Of a DNA stretch of 49,308 nucleotides, positions 23,452 through 33,908 are shown piece after piece. Below the pieces are notes generated by a model, which searched no databases, had not been told where the DNA came from, and saw only the letters and a program-made list of their open reading frames with translations. The DNA is from a virus (taxonomy: Duplodnaviria > Caudoviricetes). The stretch is taken from the IMG/VR virus record IMGVR_UViG_3300020440_000021, positions 1 to 49,308 of that record. The stretch is one strand, 5' to 3'. The translations under genes were made by a program, and so were the position numbers. Numbering within the stretch: the first letter of the stretch is position 1; every line of letters starts with the position of its first letter.

Positions 23452-23892
23452 TTATAGTACTTTGATGCCTAGATTTTTTAAAGTATCTTCAGTCCACACT
23501 TGAAATTTCCAACCATTATGCTCGGCAAATTTATTTGCTGCTTCCCATTTATCGTTGTTCTTCGCATATGTCAACATTTCATTGATATACTTTTTAGTTT
23601 TACGTGATCTCTTTTTAGGTGGTATTGTTTGATTTTTAGGTTTAATTTCTACAAGAAAAACTTTTTTATCTTCCATTTGTATCAATAAATCAACATAATA
23701 TCTATGTAGTTTTTTATCTACAGTAGATTTATAAGGTATAACAACCTCTTCACTATTCCATAGCTTGACTTTTGGATTATTTTCGCACCAACGAAATGCA
23801 TTTCTTTCCCATAATGAACGATATACTACGTTTTTTGCATCACCAGCATACTTTTCAGGCTTTTTTAATGTGTATCTTCCACTGTAACTCAT
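23452..23892 (-). CDS. gp4: head completion nuclease gp4 (TnsA-like PD-(D/E)xK fold)
   Basis: YSGRY....PEKY.GD...VVYRSLWER, WNSEE.VIPY, HRYYVD, LVEIKP..QT, N..KW.AA. Confidence 0.93.
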   Translation of the reverse strand: MSYSGRYTLKKPEKYAGDAKNVVYRSLWERNAFRWCENNPKVKLWNSEEVVIPYKSTVDKKLHRYYVDLLIQMEDKKVFLVEIKPKNQTIPPKKRSRKTKKYINEMLTYAKNNDKWEAANKFAEHNGWKFQVWTEDTLKNLGIKVL

Positions 23893-23923
23893 ATAAATAA
23901 CTCTATAGTTTATTTTATTTATA
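23892..23923. promoter_or_regulatory. pair of face-to-face late promoters (TATAAATA + strand 23892-23899; - strand 23916-23923)
   Basis: Two exact consensus sites in the 41-nt gap between divergent gp4 and gp48. Confidence 0.8.
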
Positions 23924-23933
23924 TAGGTTATTT

Positions 23934-24767
23934 ATGTCAGATATTATTACTTTTCCAAACTCTTTAAGAGAAAAAATGGCTAATGATGATACCGGTGGTT
24001 ATCCACATATCGGATTTTCAGCTGGTGATGGACTTGAATTTACAAGAGTTCACTTGTATGTACCTCAAGGTCTTAGCGTTTCAGATGGTGCTAATTACGC
24101 TGGAGTAGATCTTGGTATGGTAAGAGCAGGCAAAGGGTTTATAGATCAGGTCATTGCAAAAGATGAGGCGGGTAACTTAGATAATATGACTTCAACTGAT
24201 GAATCATTTGTAGTTGGTCTTAAAGTTTTAGATAAGCTTGGTGTCGATCAAAGTGCAACTGCAGCTGCTGGAATAGAAAGAGGAGTTGCTTTTAATCCAC
24301 AAACAGCTCTTGCATTTGAATCAGTTAATTTAAGACAATTTTCATTTACTTTTACTCTTGTACCTGAATCATTAGAAGAATCAAGAGATATGAGACGTAT
24401 TGAAAATTTCTTTAGAAAATACTTATATCCAGAAGTAAAAGGATTTGTTGCAAAGTATCCACCAAAATTTAAAATACAATTTTTTGATGGAGGAGCAGAA
24501 AGTCCATATATGCCAATGATTCACGATTGTTATTTAGCTGGGATGGAAGTACAAGTAAATCCAGAAGGCAATAGTTATCATGTAGCTGAAGGAAGTTATT
24601 ATGCTCCAGCATCTATGAATATGACATTAAACTTTTCTGAAGCTCGTATGTTATCACGTCATGATTTATATAAGAAACAAGCAAGTCTTGGGCCAAGGTA
24701 TGATTACAGTCGACCAAATTCGGCTCTTCAAAATCCTTCTCCACAAGGTGAGGGAGGAAACGGATAA
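23934..24767 (+). CDS. gp48: baseplate tail tube cap gp48
   Basis: NP.T.LAFESV.LRQFSFTF.L.PES.EES, YPPKF.I, C.L....V, M.L.F.E; precedes gp53. Confidence 0.85.
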   Translation: MSDIITFPNSLREKMANDDTGGYPHIGFSAGDGLEFTRVHLYVPQGLSVSDGANYAGVDLGMVRAGKGFIDQVIAKDEAGNLDNMTSTDESFVVGLKVLDKLGVDQSATAAAGIERGVAFNPQTALAFESVNLRQFSFTFTLVPESLEESRDMRRIENFFRKYLYPEVKGFVAKYPPKFKIQFFDGGAESPYMPMIHDCYLAGMEVQVNPEGNSYHVAEGSYYAPASMNMTLNFSEARMLSRHDLYKKQASLGPRYDYSRPNSALQNPSPQGEGGNG

Positions 24768-25582
24768 TGGCATTTTTTGAATTATTTCCAAAGGTAGAAT
24801 ATGATTTTAATAGACAAGGTGTTGTCCAAAATATGGTTGACATCTTCAGAGCTGTTAGACCATTACCAACATTTTTAGATAATTTTACTGGTTATAAATT
24901 TTACGAAATAAAAAATGGTGAAAGACCTGATATTGTTTCTCAAAGACTCTACGGAACACCAGATTTTTATTGGACTTTTTTCGTAATCAATGATTTTTTA
25001 CATGATGGTTATCGTTCATGGCCTAAGAGCGCTGAACAATTAGAAGCTTTTATGAATAAACAATATAATGGTATTGTAATCGAAACAAACCCTGACACAA
25101 TTGAAAGAAATTCCGATCAATTAATAACTAATCATCGTGATAGTTTAGCTGGAAGATTTAGTTTAGGCGAAACAATAACTGGAGCAACATCAGGCGCAAC
25201 TGGTAAATTATTTAGAAAAGTTACTGATATGAGTCAGTTAATTTTAATTGATGTAACTGGAACATTTATCGGTAATCCAAAATTAATTAATGATTCTACT
25301 GAATTAGTTACTGGTTCAGTATCAACTGATAGTGTTTCAACATATAGAGTATTTAAATATGCGGATGCTCCTTATTTTTATTTTAAAACAGGAGATGCAA
25401 AGCAGCAACCGGTAACGAATGCAGTACATATTCCAGGTGGATTGCCAGATTCAGATTTAAGTTTTGTAACTAACAGAGCTCATGAATTTGAAAAGAATGA
25501 ACAAAGATCTAAAATACGTTATGTTGACCCAAATTTTATAGAACAATTTGTGGACGAATTTGAAGAGCTTTTAAATGGCTAG
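24767..25582 (+). CDS. gp53: baseplate wedge subunit gp53
   Basis: FF..FP.V.Y, YEIKNGERPDIVS.RLYG...YW.FF..N (LysM-like), E...NE..SKI. Confidence 0.88.
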   Translation: MAFFELFPKVEYDFNRQGVVQNMVDIFRAVRPLPTFLDNFTGYKFYEIKNGERPDIVSQRLYGTPDFYWTFFVINDFLHDGYRSWPKSAEQLEAFMNKQYNGIVIETNPDTIERNSDQLITNHRDSLAGRFSLGETITGATSGATGKLFRKVTDMSQLILIDVTGTFIGNPKLINDSTELVTGSVSTDSVSTYRVFKYADAPYFYFKTGDAKQQPVTNAVHIPGGLPDSDLSFVTNRAHEFEKNEQRSKIRYVDPNFIEQFVDEFEELLNG

Positions 25583-26906
25583 TAATAAAGGAACATCAAG
25601 ACAATTTGCAGGAACGAGTGAATCAGTTACTCCATCCAGTTATACATTAGATTATATTAAAGTAACAACTAATGATGGAAAGATACTTGATATAAAAAAT
25701 CTTGTAAATAAATTTGAAATACAAGAATCAATTAATTCTCCATACTTAGTATGTGTATTGACTATCATTGATGCTACTAATTTTTTAAGTGAACAAACAA
25801 TTTCAGGTAATGAAGAGGTAGAATTTTTAATTAAAAGATCTCCCATTAAAGAAAGCAAACAGAACAAACAAAAATTTAAATTTACAATGCGAATTGCTGA
25901 AGTATCTAATTATGTAAGGCAAGTTCCAAATAAACAATTTTACAAAATACGTCTTGTATCAAAGCATTTATTTAATAATAATACTAAAATTTTACAAAGA
26001 CCATTTGAAAATACTATAGGAAAATTAATTCAAGATATATGTGTAAAAGATTTAGAAGTAGAAAAATATGATATATCAAATAGTTCAAAACAAGTTGTAA
26101 AAGGAATATATCCAACATTAAAGCCTATACAAGCAGCTAATTGGTTATTAAAAAATGCATTTGAAGATGGTACACCATATTATTTTTATGAAACTATAAA
26201 TGGTGGAGTGTATGTACAATCATTAAAAGATATGATTGATTTAAATGATATTTACGAGACTTATGAATTTAGAGGTCAATTTGAATTTGAATTAGGAACT
26301 CCAGAATCATATGATGAAGTACGTAAACGTATTCGTAAAATTGCTGGTCCTTTAGGATTGTCTAAGTTTGGTAATATGAGTAAAGGTGTTTATGGCGGAG
26401 TGTTACATTCTTTAGATATATCAAATAAAAAATTTGAAAAATTTGAATTTAACTATAAAAAAGATATAAAAAAAGTTGGAAATTTAAATGGATTTTTTAA
26501 TTATCCAGAAAATACATTTAAAATAAATGACAGATTATTACATGATATAAAAGAAGCTCGTAATTATTATATATCATATAACGAAAATGCATTTGATGGT
26601 TTAAAAAATTATCATGAACCAACTAAACCGACTGTTTTAAAATCAGATTCTTATTATAATAATTTAAATGATCAGAAACTTGAAATTATTTTACCAGGAG
26701 ATTTTGAACTTTGTGCTGGTAAAGTAATAAAATTAAAAATACAAAAGGCTACAGAATCTGAACATATAGAAAATAGTAGAATGATCGATCCATATTTATC
26801 AGGAAATTATTTAGTTGAGTCAATAACTCACAGTTTTGATACTGAATTTTTACAAAACGTTATAATTAAAAGAAACACTTTAGGGTCAGATATAAATGAG
26901 GAATGA
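25575..26906 (+). CDS. baseplate hub protein (gp27-like)
   Basis: I.ESI.SPY....L.IIDA.N, YYFYET..G, I.LPGDF.L.AG.VI, YLSGNYLV.SI.H; sits between gp53 and gp5. Confidence 0.75.
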   Translation: MASNKGTSRQFAGTSESVTPSSYTLDYIKVTTNDGKILDIKNLVNKFEIQESINSPYLVCVLTIIDATNFLSEQTISGNEEVEFLIKRSPIKESKQNKQKFKFTMRIAEVSNYVRQVPNKQFYKIRLVSKHLFNNNTKILQRPFENTIGKLIQDICVKDLEVEKYDISNSSKQVVKGIYPTLKPIQAANWLLKNAFEDGTPYYFYETINGGVYVQSLKDMIDLNDIYETYEFRGQFEFELGTPESYDEVRKRIRKIAGPLGLSKFGNMSKGVYGGVLHSLDISNKKFEKFEFNYKKDIKKVGNLNGFFNYPENTFKINDRLLHDIKEARNYYISYNENAFDGLKNYHEPTKPTVLKSDSYYNNLNDQKLEIILPGDFELCAGKVIKLKIQKATESEHIENSRMIDPYLSGNYLVESITHSFDTEFLQNVIIKRNTLGSDINEE

Positions 26907-27606
26907 TACTTATATAGACGGTAATTTTGCTTGGTTTACAGGTAAAGTTGAAGACGTCAATGATACAAAATATTTAAATCGTGTTAAGGTGCGATGTTAT
27001 GGTTGGCATACAGATGATACAAGTATAGTGAAAACATCTGATTTGCCTTGGGCTACAGTTATGATGCCATCAACTTCGCCTTCATTAAAAGGGACTGGTT
27101 CTAATCATCATTTAGAAGTTGGTTCATGGGTAGTAGGATTTTTTAGAGATGGACCATCTGCTCAAGACCCTATTGTTATGGGTAGTATAGCAACTCAAGA
27201 AGATGATATACTTGACATCCCCACAGAGGCACAGAAAAGCCCACCTACTAATAAGGTATATAAATCTACTGTTGGTCATTTAATTGAAATTGATAATACA
27301 AGTGGAGATGAAAGAATAAATGTTAAACATAAATCAGGTACAACTGTATTAATAGATAAAGATGGCGGTGTTCATATCGATGCAGTAAATGATATTGTTA
27401 CAATTGATGGCAATACTTCTATTACTGGTACGCTTCATGTCACCGGTGCTCAAACAAATGATTCAACTATTGTGGCAGTAGACAGTATCACTGGTAAAAA
27501 TGTTACTCTTGATACTCATACACATAAACATGCTCCTGGAACTGGTGGTTCATTATCGCCATCACCAGCAATTACAGAAACTCAAGCTCCAACAAGTGGA
27601 ACTTAA
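26896..27606 (+). CDS. gp5: baseplate central spike gp5-like (OB-fold + short beta-helix, no lysozyme domain)
   Basis: WFTGKVEDVND...LNRVKVRCYGWH, LPWA.V..P, GSWVVGFFRDG..AQ.P.VMGS, GHLIEIDNT.G.ERI...H.SGT. Confidence 0.88.
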   Translation: MRNDTYIDGNFAWFTGKVEDVNDTKYLNRVKVRCYGWHTDDTSIVKTSDLPWATVMMPSTSPSLKGTGSNHHLEVGSWVVGFFRDGPSAQDPIVMGSIATQEDDILDIPTEAQKSPPTNKVYKSTVGHLIEIDNTSGDERINVKHKSGTTVLIDKDGGVHIDAVNDIVTIDGNTSITGTLHVTGAQTNDSTIVAVDSITGKNVTLDTHTHKHAPGTGGSLSPSPAITETQAPTSGT

Positions 27607-27608
27607 TG

Positions 27609-27616
27609 TATAAATA
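27609..27616 (+). promoter_or_regulatory. T4-type late promoter
   Basis: Intergenic TATAAATA before gp25. Confidence 0.78.
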
Positions 27617-27621
27617 GATAT

Positions 27622-28068
27622 ATGGCAGTAATACAATCAGATAAAAGAATTAGCGGTGATTTAGAAAAAGCAAGGATTGTTTCTAAGAGTAAGGAATGGC
27701 GCGACTTAGATTTGTCGTTAAAAATTCATCCTATTAGAAAAGATATTATACCTCTGAGAGACGATGCAGCTATAAAAAATGCTTTAAGAAATCTTTTAGT
27801 TAGTAATTTTTATGAAAGACCGTTTAATCCAGCTCTAGGCGCTAATTTAAAAGGATTATTATTTGAACCTGTCGACAATATAACAAAAATTTCATTAAGA
27901 GAAAACATTGAAAGAGTAATTACTCGATTTGAACCAAGAGTAGAAATACTTGATATTGTTATTAATGATATACCAGATAAAAATGCTTACAATATAATAC
28001 TCAAATTTTTAATAAAAGAATATGATTCTACTGAAAGTGTAGAAATAATATTAAGAAGGTTAAGATAA
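27622..28068 (+). CDS. gp25: baseplate wedge subunit gp25
   Basis: DLDL....HP...DI..L.D..AIKN..RNL.....ERPF.P..G, I.RFEPRV. Confidence 0.92.
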   Translation: MAVIQSDKRISGDLEKARIVSKSKEWRDLDLSLKIHPIRKDIIPLRDDAAIKNALRNLLVSNFYERPFNPALGANLKGLLFEPVDNITKISLRENIERVITRFEPRVEILDIVINDIPDKNAYNIILKFLIKEYDSTESVEIILRRLR

Positions 28069-29912
28069 TGGCTACTAATTTAAACGTAACAGAACTAGAT
28101 TTTGATGATATAAAAAATAATCTCAAAAACTTTTTAAAACAACAAAGCGAATTTAATGATTATGATTTTGACGGATCAGGTCTCAGTATATTACTTGATG
28201 TCCTTGCTTATAATACACATTATAATGCAATGAATGCTCATTATTCATTAAATGAGTCATTTTTAGATTCAGCTCAAATTCGTGGTAATGTTGTATCAAG
28301 AGCAAAACTTTTAGGTTATATTCCAAGATCAGTACTTTCTCCAAGAGCAAGAGTTAATTTAGTAGTTGATGTTTCTGCAGTAAGTGGTACTAAACCTACA
28401 ACTCTTGAATTAACAAGAGGAACTAAATTAAATACAATTGTTGATGGAGAAGAATTTCAATATGTTGTTTTAAGTACTCAACAAAGTAATTTAAGTGGAA
28501 ACACATATACATTTAATAATGTTACAATTGCACAAGGCACAATCAGAGAAATAAAATACAGAGTTGATAATGATATTGAAAATCAAAAATTTCAGCTCAG
28601 TGATGTTGATGCCGATACTTCAACATTGCGTGCGCGTATACAAGAAAATCAAGAATCCACAGCATTTGACATTTATACACAGTTTGAAACATTATTAAAT
28701 GTTGATTCAACTTCAAAAGTTTATTATATACAAGAAAACACAAGTGGATTTTATGAAATACATTTTGGTGATGGTGTTACTGGTAAAAAACCTATCAATA
28801 ATAATATTGTTACTTTAGATTATGTAATTACTGATGGTAAAGAGAGTAATGGTGCTAATATATTTACTATGGTAGATAATATTGGTGGATTCAGTAATAT
28901 TACTGTAACTACTGCAGCTGCAGCAGCAGGTGGTGTTGATAAAGAAACAATGGAATCAATAAGATTTAATGCACCACTTACTTTTATATCTCAAAATCGT
29001 GCTGTAACAGCCGATGATTATTCAGCAATTATTAAAAAGAATTTTAGTAATATTGACAGTATATCTACATGGGGTGGAGAAGATAACGATCCGCCAAACT
29101 ATGGACAAATTTATATATCAATTAAACCATTACTTGCTGAAAGTTTAACAACAGCAGAAAAAACGGATATTACTGGAAGTATTTTAAAAGGTAAAAATGT
29201 TGTATCAATTACTCCAGAAATTGTCGATCCTGATTTTACAAGACTCGAACTTGATGTATTTTTTAAATATAATCCGAATTTAACAGATAGAAGTTCAGTA
29301 AATTTACAATCAGTAGTAAGAGATACTATAAGCGATTATAATTTTAATAACCTTAATAAATTTGATGGTGTATTCAGACACTCAGAACTTCTCAGACAAA
29401 TAGATAATAGCGATCCTTCAATATTAAACAGTATTGTACGACCAAGAATGTTTAAAAATATTACACCAAGTAATAATTCAGATAATAATTTTGATTTAAA
29501 TTTTGTTGGACCAATATTTCAATCTGGTGATTCAACAAAATTTGTATTAACATCAACTGCTTTTAAAATTAATAATGTCGATCATTTCTTTGGCGATATA
29601 CCAATTACAGGAAGTTCTAATAGAAAAGTAATTGTTTATAAAGTTGTAAATAATCAAAATGTAACGGTAATAAATGATGCTGGATTAATTGATGTTATTA
29701 AAGGTAAAGTAACATTAAATAATTTTAGACCAGATACAACTACAGCAATTCGTATAACAGTTGTACCTGATAGTTTAGATTTAGCTCCTAAAAGAAATCA
29801 ATTAATTAATATTGAAAATGATCAGGTAGTTATTACACCTGAAATTGATACAATTGCAACTGGTGGTTCTTCAGGTACAATTAATTATACAACAACATCT
29901 AGGTTAAAGTAA
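28068..29912 (+). CDS. gp6: baseplate wedge subunit gp6
   Basis: LDFDDIK.NLK.FL..Q.EF.DYDF.GS.LSILLD.LAYNTHY, ESFLDSAQ.R..VVS.AK.LGY.P.S, FGDG..G, QNRAVT..DY, WGGE. Confidence 0.95.
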   Translation: MATNLNVTELDFDDIKNNLKNFLKQQSEFNDYDFDGSGLSILLDVLAYNTHYNAMNAHYSLNESFLDSAQIRGNVVSRAKLLGYIPRSVLSPRARVNLVVDVSAVSGTKPTTLELTRGTKLNTIVDGEEFQYVVLSTQQSNLSGNTYTFNNVTIAQGTIREIKYRVDNDIENQKFQLSDVDADTSTLRARIQENQESTAFDIYTQFETLLNVDSTSKVYYIQENTSGFYEIHFGDGVTGKKPINNNIVTLDYVITDGKESNGANIFTMVDNIGGFSNITVTTAAAAAGGVDKETMESIRFNAPLTFISQNRAVTADDYSAIIKKNFSNIDSISTWGGEDNDPPNYGQIYISIKPLLAESLTTAEKTDITGSILKGKNVVSITPEIVDPDFTRLELDVFFKYNPNLTDRSSVNLQSVVRDTISDYNFNNLNKFDGVFRHSELLRQIDNSDPSILNSIVRPRMFKNITPSNNSDNNFDLNFVGPIFQSGDSTKFVLTSTAFKINNVDHFFGDIPITGSSNRKVIVYKVVNNQNVTVINDAGLIDVIKGKVTLNNFRPDTTTAIRITVVPDSLDLAPKRNQLINIENDQVVITPEIDTIATGGSSGTINYTTTSRLK

Positions 29913-29913
29913 T

Positions 29914-32484
29914 ATGAGCTCAGTATTTCATAATGCAGCAGCAAAATGCAGGACAACACTTACTCCTGGAGCAATATCATCTGATAATTCAAGTCTTGAT
30001 CAAACAGGAGAAGATTTAAGAATTGATCAGCTTATACCTGCTGAAATACTTGAAGATCAAGATAAATTAAAAGCTTTTTTAGAAGCATATTATACATTTC
30101 AAAATTTAGATGAATTTATTTATCAAGAAACTTTAAGTTTTGAAGACGTAGTATTAAATGGTAATGCAACTTTTAGAATTGCTGATCCAAATAATGAAAA
30201 TAATAAATTTTTTACTGATGATGATGGAGCAAATTCAACTCTTGTAATTACAGATCCTGATGGTACTACAACAAATATCACTTTATCAAATTCAAATGTA
30301 ACAATTTCAAATGGTAATGAATTACCTGGTTCACTTGCAACCTTAACATCAGAAGTTGGTAAAACTTTTACGGTAAGTGGATTATCTGCTCATAATAACA
30401 AAACAGCAAAGCTTACAACTATACAAAAAAATTGGACTGGTCCTGGACCTTCATATGTAATTAATACAATTGAAGAGGCTATGAATATTGACGATAACGA
30501 TACGCAATATTTAGAGTTAATGCAAAAAGAAATAGCTGCAACAGTACCAAGAGATGTAACTGTTAATAAAAGAAACTTATATAAAAGAATAGTTGACTTA
30601 TATAAAGTTAGAGGAAGTTCTGATTCAATAGAAATATTTTTTAGATTACTTTTTAATGATACAGTAGAAGTAGAATTTCCCTTTGATAAAACATTAATAC
30701 CATCAAGTGGAGATTGGGAAGTTGATTCTACATTGCCAAAAGGTGGTATCTATTTAGATAAAAAAGGTTTCTTATCAGATGATATTAAAATTCAAGACAG
30801 TTTAAAATTTCAAAAATTCAGTTACCTTATAAAAACTGGTAAAAATTTAACTGATTGGCAATTTGCATTTAATAAATTAATACATCCAGCAGGATTTAAA
30901 TACTTTGCAGAAATTTTAATTTTTATACAACTTACTCAAGCTGCTCTTGGTAATTTAAAAATATCATATCCTGGTTTATTACACAGTGCAATGCCAAATG
31001 CTCAGCCTGGAGCAATTGGATTAGAAGATATACCAGTACTTGTAGAACTTTTTGCTTCATCATTTTTACCAAGAACATATGCTAAAATACATAGAAGTGG
31101 TACTTTATCGTTATCACTTAAAGGTGGAGTAATTGATTCAACAACAGTTACATCAGGTGGTAGTGGTTATATTTCTGCTCCTACAATTACAACATCTGAT
31201 AGTGGAACACCATCTGGATTTACAACAGCAACTCTTTCAGCTAATATTGCTAATGGATCAGTTACAAGTATAACTCTTACTGATGGTGGTAAAGATTATA
31301 ATGTTCCTGTATTGACTTTTGCTGCTCCAGCTCCAATAGTATTTGATGGAAGCGATGACGAAGTTGCTGGAACAGGTATTATTAATATTACAGACAACAC
31401 AATTAAATTAACTTCAGCTCAAGCAGCAGCATTACCAATAAATTCAAGAGTAACATATAATTCTGGTGGAGGAACATCAATAGGTGGACTTGTATCAGGT
31501 ACTCAATATTTTATTGTATTTAATACTTCAAACGAAGTAAAACTTTCAGCAACGCAAGGTGGTTCTGTAATTGATATTACTGGAGTAGGTAGTGGAACAA
31601 ATCACAGCTTTACAGGTGAAACTGCTACAGGAACTGCTGTTTCAGTAAATGGAGTATTAGATACAATATCAATTGCAAATGAAGGTTATGGTTATGCAAC
31701 AGCTCCATCAATTAATTTTAATAGTACACCAATTAGTGGTTTAACTGCAGTTAATCCATCAGTCACTATTGGCATTGATGTTGATGGAAGACTTGATGTT
31801 GATAATATTGTAATAAATTCAAGAGGTAAAAATCACAGTCAACTTTTTGCAAATCCTGATGGAAATACAAATGCAGGAAAAATTGCATCAGTGTTTGCCA
31901 TAGGTAGAGCAGATAAAAACTATAGTGTAGCACCATCAATTGTTTTTCCAGAGCCCACTTCAGTAGATGCTGATGGTAATCCATTATCAAGTAATATTAC
32001 AGCAACCGCTACATTTACATTAGATGCTAATGGAGAAATTACAGGAACTTCAATAACTAATCCAGGAAATGGATATGTTGACGATCCTGAAGTCAGAATT
32101 GATAGTGCTGTTCAAAATGAAATTAGAACAACAGATAAAGACAGAATACTTGATATATCATGTAACATGAATGATCTTGGAAATGAACAATTAGTAACTT
32201 CAGTAGTTACAAACCCAGTACAAAATACTGGTTCAATTATGACTTCAACTGAAACAGCAGTTAAGTTTTTACCTGCACATACTGTAAAGGTTATAAATAA
32301 TAATTGGAGAACAATACAAAATAATGGATATAATCAACGCAAAGGACCACAAAACTTTTTTAATAGTCCAAGATTATATAATACAAACCAAACAATTGAG
32401 TTTTTAGGCAACAACCAGTTGCAAACTATCGACTCAACTGTTATAAATAAATATAACACAAGAACTTTTATAAATCTTGAATAG
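29914..32484 (+). CDS. gp7: baseplate wedge initiator gp7-like protein
   Basis: FLEAYY, LY...GS..SIEIFFRLLFN, IQDS...Q.FSY.IK, HPAGF..F; G.GY...P repeats; sits between gp6 and gp8. Confidence 0.75.
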   Translation: MSSVFHNAAAKCRTTLTPGAISSDNSSLDQTGEDLRIDQLIPAEILEDQDKLKAFLEAYYTFQNLDEFIYQETLSFEDVVLNGNATFRIADPNNENNKFFTDDDGANSTLVITDPDGTTTNITLSNSNVTISNGNELPGSLATLTSEVGKTFTVSGLSAHNNKTAKLTTIQKNWTGPGPSYVINTIEEAMNIDDNDTQYLELMQKEIAATVPRDVTVNKRNLYKRIVDLYKVRGSSDSIEIFFRLLFNDTVEVEFPFDKTLIPSSGDWEVDSTLPKGGIYLDKKGFLSDDIKIQDSLKFQKFSYLIKTGKNLTDWQFAFNKLIHPAGFKYFAEILIFIQLTQAALGNLKISYPGLLHSAMPNAQPGAIGLEDIPVLVELFASSFLPRTYAKIHRSGTLSLSLKGGVIDSTTVTSGGSGYISAPTITTSDSGTPSGFTTATLSANIANGSVTSITLTDGGKDYNVPVLTFAAPAPIVFDGSDDEVAGTGIINITDNTIKLTSAQAAALPINSRVTYNSGGGTSIGGLVSGTQYFIVFNTSNEVKLSATQGGSVIDITGVGSGTNHSFTGETATGTAVSVNGVLDTISIANEGYGYATAPSINFNSTPISGLTAVNPSVTIGIDVDGRLDVDNIVINSRGKNHSQLFANPDGNTNAGKIASVFAIGRADKNYSVAPSIVFPEPTSVDADGNPLSSNITATATFTLDANGEITGTSITNPGNGYVDDPEVRIDSAVQNEIRTTDKDRILDISCNMNDLGNEQLVTSVVTNPVQNTGSIMTSTETAVKFLPAHTVKVINNNWRTIQNNGYNQRKGPQNFFNSPRLYNTNQTIEFLGNNQLQTIDSTVINKYNTRTFINLE
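32442..32449 (+). promoter_or_regulatory. T4-type late promoter upstream of gp8
   Basis: TATAAATA inside the gp7 3' end, about 45 nt before ATG32494. Confidence 0.55.
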
Positions 32485-32493
32485 GAAGGAATT

Positions 32494-33882
32494 ATGCCAG
32501 CAATAGTAACATCACAATTTAGAGTATTAAACGCTGAGAATTTTAAAGCTGACGTAGCAGCAGACTCAGTATATGTCTCTATAGGTAAATCAGACGTATG
32601 GTCACTGACAACTTCAGACACGACTGACACGACACCATTTACACCAAACGATCATTTGGATGCTTTAGGTGAAGCAAGAGGACAAATGATAGCAATGAAA
32701 AGAATAGCATCTGCGGATATATCACACGTAGTACCAAGACATACATGGACATCAGGAAGAACCTATGTGGCTTGGGATTCTGATGATGCTTCTATTTTTG
32801 ATAAATCATTTTATATTATCACATCAGAGTTTAAGGTTTATAAATGCATCGAAGCTGGTACTGGTGCAAGTTCTATTCAACCTACACAAACTCTTACAGA
32901 TCCTACTGCAGAATCTGATGGATATAAATGGAAATACATGTTTACAATCGGTGTATCAGACGCAGAAAAGTTTTTAACAAATAGTTATATGCCAGTTAAA
33001 ACAGTTTCTCTTAATTTTAATAATGATGCAGCCGCAGAAGCAGCTTTAACAGAAGCAGATTATGCTCAATATTTAAACCAAAAAGCTTCAAGAGATTCTA
33101 CAACTGCTCAAGGTATTGAAAGAATTGAAGTAACTGCTGGTGGAACTAGTTATAGTTCAGATCCTACAGTAACTATTACTGGAGACGGAACTGGAGCAAC
33201 TGCAACTGCAGTACGTACTGGAACAGCAGTTACAAGTATAACAATAAATAATAAAGGTACAAATTATACATTCGCAGATATTACAATTTCTGGCGGTGGA
33301 GGTTCAGATGCGACCGCAAGGGCCGTTATTGCACCAAAAGCTGGACACGGCGTAGACCCAGTATCTGAACTGGGTTCTTTCTTTATTTCATTAAACAGTA
33401 AACTTGATGGTAATGATGGAAGTGATATTACTGTAGGCAATGACTTTAGACAAATTATGTTACTTAAAGATCCAAAAGTATATAACGCCACTCCACTCGC
33501 TGGAGCTGTTGCAACTGCAACTACTCTTAAAGCTATGAAATATTTAGATACAGCAAATACAGCTGATGTTGCAAATTATCAAATAGATGAAGTTATAACT
33601 GGAGCAACATCTGGTGCTAAAGGTTTTGTAGTAGAATTAGATACAACAAACGGTTACATTTATTACTATCAAAATAGTAAAACAGGATATACTGCTTTTA
33701 CTGCAGGAGAAAATATTACAGGTTCCGCAAGTAGTGCAACACATGCATTAGCGAGTTCTGGTCATGTTGGTAATCCTGAAGTTGATAGAGCAAGTGGCCA
33801 AGTTTTATTTTTAGAAAATAGAGATCCTATTAATAGAACAGCAACACAAATTGAAGATATAAAAGTTATTATAGAATTCTAA
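32494..33882 (+). CDS. gp8: baseplate wedge subunit gp8
   Basis: M.AIVT.QFR..NA.NF, VVPR..W.SG..Y, VYKCI, DGY.WKYM.TI, NDFRQI.LL.DP, SG.VLFLENR.PI.R...Q.EDIK.IIEF. Confidence 0.92.
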   Translation: MPAIVTSQFRVLNAENFKADVAADSVYVSIGKSDVWSLTTSDTTDTTPFTPNDHLDALGEARGQMIAMKRIASADISHVVPRHTWTSGRTYVAWDSDDASIFDKSFYIITSEFKVYKCIEAGTGASSIQPTQTLTDPTAESDGYKWKYMFTIGVSDAEKFLTNSYMPVKTVSLNFNNDAAAEAALTEADYAQYLNQKASRDSTTAQGIERIEVTAGGTSYSSDPTVTITGDGTGATATAVRTGTAVTSITINNKGTNYTFADITISGGGGSDATARAVIAPKAGHGVDPVSELGSFFISLNSKLDGNDGSDITVGNDFRQIMLLKDPKVYNATPLAGAVATATTLKAMKYLDTANTADVANYQIDEVITGATSGAKGFVVELDTTNGYIYYYQNSKTGYTAFTAGENITGSASSATHALASSGHVGNPEVDRASGQVLFLENRDPINRTATQIEDIKVIIEF

Positions 33883-33890
33883 TATAAATA
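33883..33890 (+). promoter_or_regulatory. T4-type late promoter
   Basis: Intergenic TATAAATA before ATG33909. Confidence 0.8.
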
Positions 33891-33908
33891 TATTAGGACG
33901 GAAAATTT

